NCBI RefSeq assembly: GCF_018977255.1
Contig: NW_024704742.1
Coordinates: forward strand, 67,458,001 to 67,522,000
Direction of reading: 5' to 3'
DNA length: 64,000 nucleotides
DNA from: Callorhinchus milii
Taxonomy: Eukaryota
Position numbers and translations under genes: made by a program. The notes beneath the pieces are model-generated. The model was not told where the DNA came from, did not search any database, and was given only the letters and a program-made list of their open reading frames with translations. The stretch's first letter is position 1. Each line of letters opens with the position of its first letter. Below are positions 53,490 through 64,000 of this stretch, one piece after another.

Positions 53490-53850
53490 TCTGGCTCAGT
53501 TAGTTGAACTCTTAACTCGGAGTCAACAGGTTGTGGGCTCAAGCCCTATATCAGGAATTGAAACCCATATAGTCTAGGCTGATATTCTGAAGCAATGCTG
53601 GGCGTGTGCTTCATTGTCGGAAGTGCCGTCCTTCAGATGAAACGTTAAAACCATCTGCCCGTTCAGATGGACATTAACGATCCTGTACGTTATTCGAAAA
53701 GAGGAGTTTCTTCCGGTGTCTTGGGCATCAAAACCCAAATAAAAATTGGGCATTCACTTTTGCTCTTTGTAGCTATCTGTGCTCAAACTGACTATCGCGT
53801 TTGCCTGCAAAATACAGTCACCACACATTTCAGTAAAATCCTGTGAAGTG
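53490..53850 (+). mobile_element. SINE type A
   Basis: Matches type A. Confidence 0.82.
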
Positions 53851-55571
53851 TTCTTAAAATCAGCCTCATTTTAAAGTAGGAGAGATATGTAATGTTATAA
53901 GAAGCCTTTTAAAATACACATCCTCCAAAAGCCACTTTGGGGTGGCAGGTGGACTTTCGGGAGCCTTTTAAACAACAAACAACAATAATTTGCATTTATA
54001 TTACATCTTTCACACGGGGCAGCGTCTCGGAACTCTTAACAGGCACGGAGCCTGACGCCAAGCCGTGGGGAGGAAGGAGGGGACTGTAAGCACGGTCAAA
54101 GAGAAAGGTCTTCAAGCGTAATCTAAAAGAAGGAGCACAGCAGAGGGATTGAAGAGAGAGATAAAGACATATAGAGAAACGGGCAGGGAGTTCGAGAGGG
54201 TGGGGGCAAAGTGGCTGAAGCCTTGGCCTTGTTTGAGCAAGAAGCTTTGTGACCTCCAGAGTTATTTTTTAAGTTTAGAATTTGGATTCAGATTCAGCCA
54301 ACTTGTTCTGCAGTATTGCTTAATTCAGGAACAAAGCGTCATAGCTTCAACATAGGAGCAATAAAATGGGAATGTTAAGGGCAGGTGATTTCTGATCCAT
54401 GATAAGAATGTGGATAACACTATCTGCACAGGTGTTCGAACGAGAACCTAGACAGAGTTTCAAAACAAAACCAAATGAATTGCTTGAAACTGAAAGGTTT
54501 TGGCATTAGTCCATGATGAAGTAATAATAATAATAATCTTTGTATTTGATATAGAGCCATATCACATCGTCCAGACAGGACCTCAGTTTAACATCTCACC
54601 TAAAGGATAGCACCTCTTACAATACAACACCCCCCAGCACTACATTGGAGTGTTATCCTAGACTATGTGAGTTCAAGTCGCGACATGGGGCTTGAACCCA
54701 TAACCTTCTAACTCAGAGATGAGAGTGTTACCACTGAACTAAGCTGACACCTGAGTTCCTCCTTGCTGTGCTCCTTTAGTATGGTTTCCGCTAGCAATCC
54801 TAAAGCTGTGCCCTCTTTTGTCACCCATTTCACCCGACCTTTCCTTCCTCCCCCAAAGAAAATGTCTTTCGTTTGCCATCTTTAGAGCAAAGGAATTTGT
54901 CCTTGTTCATATGACACTTTTACAGGGGAGATTTCTGCCAGATCAGTTCCTGCAATAGCCTCCTCCCGGCATTCAATTCAGATGCCACCATGTTTGGTCA
55001 TCTGGGAACATCCAGGAAGATACAACAGCAACAACTTGCATTTCTCATGCACTTCACAGGGCGATTGTCTCGGAGTGCTGAACAGTGGCGGAGTTTGACA
55101 CCGAGTCAGGGAGAAGGCAAAAACTTCAGCGATATGACTTTTATGTTGTAATCGGATGTTAAGATCCTCACTCCAGTGTTTAAATCCCTCCACACCTTGG
55201 GATCACCCCTATCTCTCCAACCTCCTCTCTCCTCACAGCATTCCACTCTACTGGCTCCGGCTCTGCGACACTGCCTGGCATGGAGTGCGCTGTATAAATG
55301 TAAGTTGTTGTTTTTGTTGCTCTTAAGTTAAACTTAATGTGGAGCAACTAAATATAGGGAAGGGGAGGAAGACAATATATGCAACCTGTAGACAACGATT
55401 CTTTGGGTTACAAACCAGATGGATTTACTTTTTTTGCAAAATAAAAAGACAATCTCCTTTTAAACCAACACACTGACTGCTGCATGTACCCATGTTAAAA
55501 GGGGGTGGGGGGGTGGAGAAGCAAAATAATTGATGATCTGAAAGAGAGGAATGGAGTGGGAGCTAAAATGA

Positions 55572-56172
55572 GTGTCAGGCTGGTTCGGTGGTAGCACTCT
55601 CGCCTCTCCACATCGGGATTTGAACTCACAAAGTCTAAGCTGACACTCCAATGTAGTGCTGGGGGTGTATTTCATTGTCACAGGTGCCGTTCTTCGAATG
55701 AAACATTAAACTGAGGATCCCGTCTGCCTGTTCAAGTAGACGTTAAAGATCCCATGGCACTATTTGAAAAGAGAAGGGAGTTTCTCCCAATGATGGTGTC
55801 CTGGCCAAAAATCCTCCCCAAATAAAATTGGCCATTTGTTTCATGGCTGTTCGTGGAACATTGCTGTGCGCAATTCGGCTGCCATGTTTGTCTACAAATA
55901 CACACAGTCACTCCATTTTCACAGTAATGAACCAATTGAACAGCAGTGTCCCACAAACAGTCGTGGATTGAGCGATTTGCCCACAAAATACAGTCTCTAC
56001 ACTTTACAGTAAATCCTGTGAAGCGCTTTGAGATGTTTTGAAGACGTGATAAGGCGCTATACCAAATCCAAGGATTATTATTTTTATTATTATTATAGTA
56101 AATCCTGTGAAGCGCTTTGAAACATTCTTCCAACATGATAAGGTGCTTTACCAAATGCAAGGATTATTATTA
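55572..56172 (+). mobile_element. Composite SINE type A with an internal inverted piece and duplicated tails
   Basis: Type A at 55572-55925, antisense tail fragment at about 55932-55972, then two tails ending at about 56095 and 56172. Confidence 0.85.
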
Positions 56173-56344
56173 TCATAATAAAATCATCCATCCATTCATT
56201 CACAAAAGGTGAGGTTTGAATCCCAGAACCGTGTCAATTTCACCCAGCTGTTTCTGCCCTTGCTACACACGTCACTTGGAAAATCCTGGCATCAGATCCC
56301 ACTTAATTAAACCTTCATCTACTTCTTTGATAAATCATCGGAAA

Positions 56345-56550
56345 TAATACTAATAATCCTTGCATCTGACTTATTCCAGACGTCTTAAAGTACTTCACAG
56401 AATATACTGTAAAGTGAATAATAAATATCACATCGTTGAGACATCTCACTGTAAGGTGAATTGACTGTATATTTTGTGGGCAAAGCGTGGCAGCCAATTG
56501 CACACAGAAGTGTCCCACAAACAGTCATGGATTGAGTGACAATTTTTTTT
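56345..56550 (-). mobile_element. SINE 3' half
   Basis: Reverse complement of the shared tail. Confidence 0.85.
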
Positions 56551-56602
56551 AAAATGACCGGAAATAAAAAAAACTTTTGAGGCAGCTAGGATCCAATTCC
56601 CG

Positions 56603-56603
<1 letters not shown>

Positions 56604-56639
<36 letters not shown>

Positions 56640-56640
56640 T
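56604..56640. repeat. (TA)n(CA)n compound microsatellite
   Basis: Direct reading. Confidence 0.9.
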
Positions 56641-58734
56641 TAGGATTTCACAGGATTGACAGCTTGTGCTAGTACAGAAGGAGGTTGTACAATGCGAGTG
56701 GTGATTTATCAATGCTCCTTATAATTATTTAATTGTTCTCGCTAAACGGAGTCAAAACTTTGCAAACATCGCCTGTTGTCAAAGAAAAAAGGTGTCGTAA
56801 TGCATTTCTCTTCCCAGGACAGTAATTTATGTAAATCCCTTGTTTTTTTTCCCCTTGGGGCTGGGGAGAGGGGGCAAACTGTGGTCATAAACTTGGGAAC
56901 AGGTTAAGAAGAGAAAGGTTTTAGTTATTAGCGAGTTGAACAGGGAGTAATCTCTCTTTCTATTCTCATAGGATTTCTTCCTTTAAGTTGTTTGCCTTCC
57001 CTGGAGCTTGAATTTTTTTTCCAAAAAATCTCTATTCACTTTTCACAGATAGTTTAAAAATTGCAATTTTTACATTATATATATTAAAAAAGAAATAATA
57101 AATGTGTTTAATTTCACACAGGTGTCACAATCTCACTCACACTGTAAGTGTGTGCATCATCCTATGTGGAAAGACAATAGACTTGCTATAATGTAAAGAT
57201 TATTATTGTATTATTACTGCTAATATTCCTTCCACATGATTTTTTNCAGATCCAAATCAGTAGAGAAGTAAGTTTGACCCTCCTCCCCCAGAAAAAAATG
57301 GGTCTAAAGTGAGCAATCGAATGGGTTTGATCCATGAAATTATCTATCAAAGTCACACACTCACTTGTATCTATGTTGTATGTATCTATCTGTTCCTGTC
57401 ACTAATTTGTAAAACCTAACAAGAGTCTAAATAAACTTGGAATCTGGGTTGTTTTTAGGGGAGTTTTGTCTCTTAATTATTTTTTCACATATAAATAAAA
57501 ATTTTAAAAAATTAAAAATAAGAAATTCACCACCTCTTATTTGTGTTTGTCACACGTGAAAAAGCAGCGACACTCTGATCTGGGCAAGTTTCGATACAAA
57601 CTTTGAAATAATATATTTTTTAAAAAGGTTTAACCCTGAAAATAACTATTTTGCTAATAAAAGACAAGTTGCATTTGCTAATGTTTAATTTTCACATTGC
57701 AAATTAACAAGAAAAATAGCAAATGTGCAATTAATATACTGTACAATAAATATTTGTAAATAGTGAATAGATGAATTTAAGATCTGGGAGACTGATCTCT
57801 CTCTCTCTCTCTCCCCTGTGGGCAGTTCTGAAAACTTTCCCTGGAGTTTCTCTCCCTGTCTCTCTCTCTCTCTGCCCAGAGCAGAGCAGTGCCCTTTTGG
57901 TTAGGTTTTATTGCTCACGATCCATCAAAATTTGTCAAGATAAACAAACAGATCGCTTCACCTGCTGAGCGACAAACTCCTCTCAATTAAAGTTCAAACC
58001 AGCCTCCCTTCCCACCCCTCTTCTTGTGTCCCATAATCGACATCTGCTTTGGTATTTGGTCAATGGGATTGGGGGATTTGTAACATCACCCTACCTCCTA
58101 ATGTCAGATTCAATCAGATTTCACCCACAAAATACACAGTAAATCCACTTACAATATATTCTGTGAAGCGCTTTGAGACGTCTCAACAACGTGATTAGGT
58201 TCTATATCAAATGCAAGAATTGATATTATATTATAATATTATAGATAATGAATCGTGGGGAACATCTCATTATTTAATTCCCAGGCTTTTTAAAAAAAAC
58301 TTCCACCACTTTTAAAATAGTTTTTCAAAAAATAACTATGGTGTTATATACAAAGATATATACTGTACTAAAAAAAAGTCAGGTTTATAATATTTGATTT
58401 AAGGGTAAAAGTAAAGTTCCAAGAGACCTGAAGACAGTTTACATGACACCAAATGATCTATCAAAACACTTGTGCGGTTGGTTCCATATAATAAGGCTAA
58501 GATGAACCTTTAACAACAACAACAATGTACATTTATATAGCACCTGCCCCATGCAGGGTAGTGTCCCACAGCACTTTGGACGAGAGAGCCCTAGGCGATT
58601 TACAAGGTATCGCAACACCGTTTGCAAAAATAATAAGAAAGTGAATGCCAAACAGGAAATTGTTATTAATAGTCATAATAATAATTCTCGCTCTTTTTCA
58701 TGTCTCAATAGGATCAGAATTTTGCTGTGCATTG

Positions 58735-58917
58735 TAAATATTAATAATCCCTTTGAAAAAATTATAATTTGCTCACTCAATCCACGAAATCGGTCACTCA
58801 CTTCCTGACTGTTTTTTGGGACACTGCTGTGTGCAATTGGCTGCTGCATTTCACCCACAAAATATACAGTCAATTCACCTTACAGTGAGATGTCTCAACG
58901 ATGTGATATTTATTATT
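58735..58917 (+). mobile_element. SINE 3' half with private deletions
   Basis: Shared tail sequence. Confidence 0.85.
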
Positions 58918-59834
58918 TGTTGGGGGAAAGTGACTCAACAGCCATGACCAGTGTTATCCGGGAGGAGTGGGGGGATTGCTGGCCAGAGCCCCCGGAGAAA
59001 CATCCTCCTCAACTTTAGCCAACTATAGTTATAGATCTGTGTCACAGACTCCATGTCTTTGCTCCACTCCCCTCTTATTTGGAAACCAAACGTCTATTAT
59101 TCTGACCTGCACCAAAAATTGTTGCAAATTATCAGGTGGAGGCGTCCCAATGTCTCAGTCAAAGACTCTGCAAAATTTCTGCATAGGAACTCAAAACTGC
59201 CCTTTCCCCAACCCCTGTCCCTCCAAAACCCTGCAAGAAAACCACATTTTGGTGGCTTTCTTTGCCCCCAGACCTAACTAGGAGAATCAAAAGTTAACCC
59301 TGTTGGAATTCGCTGACTACTAGTAAGCAGCCTTTCGTTCTTTAATGCACCTCTCTTTCTGTCCATCTGTCTCAAGTTCTAAGCAGTGTCGCCTCTGTTG
59401 TTTGTTCTGCTCTTTACAAAGGAGGGTAATGATGGGAATCAAATGCAGTCGATTTCCTGCACAGTAATTTGTATCTCTCCCCCCCACCCCCACCACCACA
59501 AAAAAGTAACTTAAGTCAAATCAAAACAAATGGAAACTTCATCTCCCACCACTCCCACCTCCCAAATCCAATAAATACACCCTTACACAGTCCTTCCGGA
59601 CCGAGACTCATCATCATTTAATGAGCAAGGCATCAGACACGGGACCTTGTTAATGTTCCGTGGAAATTAATCATTATCATCACAAAGGGAAAAATAAACT
59701 TTCGGGTCTTAACTTTTCTGCCAAGTTTCAGAAGACACTGTTCTCTCTTGTGTTACGCAATAAATACACACAGCACTCTCGCAAGGAACTTACTTTAACA
59801 ATTCACCTTCCCCACCTTTCCCCACCACTCCTTC

Positions 59835-60065
59835 TTCCCCTCAATTTATAACAATATAATAATCCTTGCATTTGATGTAGCGCCTTTACATGTCAGTGAG
59901 ACATCTCAAAGCACTTCACAGAATATACTGTAAAATGGATTGACTGTGTATTTTGTGGGCGAAACACGGCAGACAATTGTGCATAGCAGTGTCCCACAAA
60001 CAACAATCTTGGATTGAGTGACCAAATTATTATTATTTTGTGTGCGAAGCATGGCAGCCAATTGA
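59835..60065 (-). mobile_element. SINE 3' half
   Basis: Reverse complement of the shared tail. Confidence 0.85.
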
Positions 60066-61965
60066 ACGCAGCAATTTATAAGATAATTACAATTACAAAA
60101 TTAAGATTTTGATTAATTTAAGATTTCCCCCAACCCCCCCATCTCTCTCTCTAACACTGGTGAAGTGGCCTCTAGTAAATTGACTGGATTCTCTCCGGGG
60201 AGACATGGCGGGTAAAAAAAATGTTGAAATCATTCAATTAAATCATTATGTTTGCTATCTGTCAGCTCTTTTTTGTGTGTGTGCTTTAAATTGGGCACAA
60301 TAGTCACATTATGCAATCAACACAGACAACACAGAGCAAAAAAAGAGCAACAGAAAATCACATCCGATCTTTGTTAAAGACAGGAAATGTTGAGGCAATT
60401 ATTTTCCGACTGCAATCAATAAGTAGCCTGGAGAATATTAAGACAATCCACAAAATGTGAATGTGTTCCTGCTTGTTTTGCTCATCGTGACCCAAAGGAG
60501 AATCTTACTATATGACCCTGAAACTGTACAAAGTCCTTTTTAGACCATCACGTTTCACTACAAAATACAGTCAATTCACTTTACAGTATATTTTGTAAAG
60601 CGCTTTGAGACATTTCAATGACCTGATAAGGCGCTGTATCAAATGCAAGGATTATTATTATCGCGCTTTAAGAGAGCACCAGAAACCACAGCGACTGACG
60701 GAGTGACTGAGTGTTACATTCATTTTACATAGAGGTGTGACTATGATAAGGGAAGGAGGGAGTGATTAATTGAGGCAAACTGCAGTTAACATTTTGCAAA
60801 TAAATAAACCCTGGGTCAGCCCTTTTCGAACCCTCACACCGCTTTCCGTGAGACAGGGCGTATTTTATTCCAAATTAATAGTAATAAAACATAGATTACT
60901 ATATATGTAATATGTGTAAATATAAATGTAAATGTAAAATTTATATATGTAAACATATATGTGAATATAAAGTTTATTTTTGAAAAAAATAAACTTTTTT
61001 TTAAAAGGGGATTTTTATCCCCAAATTTCTGATCTGATGCGAACTACAATTGCAATCAAGAATAGAGTTAAATCTTAACTGAGTTCAGCATCTTCAACGT
61101 GGTGATTTCTTTCCCCCCAACCCCACCAATAACTCAGTTAAAACTGACCACTCGAAAAAGCATCTGGATTTAATGATTGGGGGAAATATATGAATACGGA
61201 TTTTTTTTTGGGGGGGGGGAGAGAGAGAGGGGGGGGAAGAATGCAGACCCCTCTTGCTACTAAGAGGAGTGTAAATCGATGTGTGTGTGTTTGCATTTCT
61301 ACTGGGGGAATGTACAAACTGGGGGAGAGAGGGAGGGATTGCACAAGAGAGAGAGAGAGAGAGAGAAAGAGTTTTCCTGCCAGCAGGAATGTGACTGTTT
61401 TCTTTCCCTATGGTTTGAGAAGTGGAGGCAACCTGATATTTTTTACACACAAACTATACAGTGCACATGAACAGGCAGTCAGTCAGTCTAGCGGTTCGGC
61501 AATCCTGCATTCTCAGTGGGGTCAGCACAACTGAGCTCTGCCTGCAATGCAATTGAGCCAACAAACTGTGGACAGTGGGAATCTTTGCAAAGCTCATTGC
61601 TGGGGGCTGTTTAACGTGTATGGGAAGAGATGGGTAAATAAGCGGTGGGGTGGGTGGGGGGGGGGGTGGGGTAGATATTAAACCACTGTTTAGTTACTAC
61701 AGTTGACCAGACAGATGTTGACCACCCCAGTTTTGGGAGGTGCACACTCCTCAAATAAACTGCAACAGAAAAAAAAATTCATTCGGATCTTATCTTCAAC
61801 CATTATTTTTTTGTTGCTTTACCAGTTAAAAGTCTCAACCGTTTCCCCCCCCCCACCCCTCTCCCCATGTCACTCTTAACTCATACCCCCAAAGCACATA
61901 AGTTTGCTCTATGTGTGTGTGTGAGAGGAGAGAGAGAGTTTGTGTGTAAAAGAAGTCTAACTTAC

Positions 61966-62029
61966 CTCTGGCTGCACTTGAAAACGTGATGATTCCCCAA
62001 ACCAAAAAAACAAGCGGTAGAAAATCCAT
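61966..62029 (-). CDS. FGFRL1: First coding exon (signal peptide, MDFLPLVFLVWGIITFSSAAR + G, phase 1) of a secreted or type-I membrane protein, most likely fibroblast growth factor receptor-like 1
   Basis: ATG at 62029 in context CTTAAAATGG (A at -3, G at +4); 21 codons with a hydrophobic core and small-residue cleavage region; consensus donor CAGAG|GTAAGT after 61966. The ...S-x-A-R|G ending with a phase-1 intron and an upstream non-coding exon matches my recollection of vertebrate FGFRL1 leaders (AAARG-PP / SDSARG-PP). The gene name rests on only 21 aa. Confidence 0.6.
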
Positions 62030-62080
62030 TTTAAGTTTAAAAAGAAGCAATTTTGCTTTATATTCTCCTCGTCTTCCAAC
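62030..62080 (-). other. 5' part of the signal-peptide exon (5'UTR, but open in frame with the ATG)
   Basis: Strong acceptor TCTCTTTCCCTTTCCAG|GTTGG with AG at 62082-62081; whole exon is 61966-62080, 115 nt. Confidence 0.7.
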
Positions 62081-62516
62081 CTGGAAAGGGAAAGAGATTA
62101 TATATATATATATATGCATATATATAAGAGGTTCCACTCCACACTTTTGATCTGAATCGCTTACGGTTAACAAACCGATTGCAATGAAAGTGCAACAACA
62201 CTGACTGACTGCACAATATATTGCGTTGCAAAGTGAGTGCTAAATGCAAACGCTTCTTAAGTGTCTCTCGTCGTAACTCCAGACCCAAACGTGTGCAAGA
62301 AACGGCCAGTTCTACACCAGGGGAATGGGATACAGGTATCAAACGTGCAAAACATTTGATGGAAGCAGCACTTTTTTTAAAAAAAATTGCAGAACTTTGG
62401 GATGGGACTTTAACATCTAAATACCTTCACTGTTATTTTGCTGGGAAAGAATACGTCTGGGGCGCTAAACATCATTGAGAATTTGCTGAAACCCACACAC
62501 CCACTCGTACACTCAC

Positions 62517-62594
62517 CTCCATGACTTGGGGCTGTTGTGCCCCCCCCTCTCATCTGAGAATGCAGTCACTTTCAGTTTCTAAAACGTTGATCAC
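62517..62594 (-). other. Candidate upstream or alternative 5' exon
   Basis: Strong donor GGAG|GTGAGT (GT at 62516-62515); possible weak acceptor GATTTTCAG|GTG (AG at 62596-62595). Confidence 0.35.
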
Positions 62595-63039
62595 CTGAAA
62601 ATCGTGGAACCCGTCAAAAAAATATATATATCTCACCCTTTCCTGAAGCCCTACAGCACTGACACTGACACACAGGGGGTGGGTGGCCCGAGGACACCAA
62701 ACAAACCCGAGCGGCCAACACACCGTGTAATTACACTGTGGTCATTAGTTGCAAATTTGCACCAAACTACTCTACAAGAGAAGCAAAAGTTTGGCTCTCA
62801 AGGGGAGGAAGAGAGAGAGAGTGTGAGTGTGTGTGTGTTTAAAAAAAACAACCCCGAGGCTGTACAAACTCATCCACGTGCGGATCAGGACTGTAGCGAT
62901 TAGTTTTTGTTCCCCTGGTGTGGGTGTCCTTTTTTTTCCCACAAAAAGTACAGGAATACAACGTGAAACAGGTCCCCTCCCCGGGGGGGGGGGCGGGGGG
63001 TTAAACAATGAAGAGGTTTTATATTGTCCAATGTATATA

Positions 63040-63800
63040 TATATATATACACGAGAGGATACAATATTAATGTTAATGTAATACACCATACATAGATATA
63101 TGAGGATACAATATTAATATAATACTGTATATATACACATGACCATACAATATTAATAATACTGTGTATATATACACATGACCATACAATATTAATAATA
63201 CTGTGTATATATACACATGACCATACAATATTAATAATACTGTGTATATATACACATGACCATACAATATTAATAATACTGTGTATATATACACATGACC
63301 ATACAATATTAATAATACTGTGTGTATATACACATGACCATACAATATTAATAATACTGTGTATATATACACATGACCATACAATATTAATAATACTGTG
63401 TATATATACACATGACCATACAATATTAATAATACTGTGTATATACACATGACATTACAATATTAATAATACTGTGTGTATACACATGACATTACAATAT
63501 TAATATAATACTGTGTGTATACATATGACATTATAATATTAATAATACTGTGTACATACACATGACCATACAATATTAATATAATACTGTGTATATACAC
63601 ATGACCATACAATATTAATATAATACTGTGTATATACACATGACCATACAATATTAATATAATACTGTGTATATAGACATGGAGATACAATATTAATATA
63701 ATACTGTGTGTATACACATGACCATACAATATTAATAATGCTGTGTATATAGACATGGAGATACAATATTAATATGATACTGTCTACATACATACATATA
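63040..63800. repeat. AT-rich 39-bp minisatellite, roughly 19 units
   Basis: Unit GACCATACAATATTAATAATACTGTGTATATATACACAT starts at 63141, 63180, 63219, 63258, 63297, 63336, 63375 and 63414; length-variant units on the flanks. Confidence 0.97.
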
Positions 63801-63856
63801 CATACGAGGGAATACAACATTGCAAAGCGGCGATGCTCAGTGCTGGAGCGACTCAC

Positions 63857-63960
63857 GATAACACAGCTGCTGTGTGTGGAGCTGATCAGGAGCTCTCACG
63901 ACCCTCTCCCTCTCTCCTGACACACTGTGATTTAAAGTGAATCACTGGCAGACTGCAGGG
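63857..63960 (-). promoter_or_regulatory. Candidate first non-coding exon and core promoter
   Basis: Donor-like ATC|GTGAGT (GT at 63856-63855), several CpGs, TATA-like TTTAAA at 63931-63936, no interspersed repeats nearby. Confidence 0.25.
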
Positions 63961-64000
63961 CTCTGGTGACTGTTATCAACAATTATCTAAACCCATCACA

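Noticed and set aside
57246..57246. Single N base
   Set aside because: Sequencing or assembly ambiguity, not biology.
63040..63800. Regular repeat array that could suggest CRISPR, and 13-aa repeat ORFs
   Set aside because: Head-to-tail units with no unique spacers, no cas genes and a eukaryotic context; the ORFs arise because 39 is divisible by 3.

Overview
Eukaryotic, vertebrate-type non-coding DNA; nearly all ORFs in the six-frame track are artefacts of repeats or low-complexity sequence. The repeat content suggests a cartilaginous fish, possibly a chimaera such as the elephant shark (inference only). It comprises tRNA-headed SINEs with a DeuSINE-like body, L2 and CR1 LINE fragments, and a Tigger-like MITE. 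The only credible host coding sequence is a minus-strand exon at 61966-62080 encoding a signal peptide (MDFLPLVFLVWGIITFSSAAR|G, phase-1 donor) that resembles the first coding exon of FGFRL1. No downstream exon was recognised, so 1-61965 is probably one very large intron. Candidate upstream exons and a promoter lie at 62.5-64 kb, around a palindrome-bearing 39-bp minisatellite. I found no convincing novel protein-coding system. The most notable observations are: a modular system of three SINE types sharing an L2-like tail; a three-layer nested insertion that orders them in time; a perfect 64-bp inverted templated copy between two SINEs 2.4 kb apart; a second non-SINE inverted repeat; a possible N-terminally extended isoform plus uORF; and several repeat-free enhancer-like islands. 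Repeat coordinates are approximate (read by eye) and the SINE list is representative, not exhaustive.
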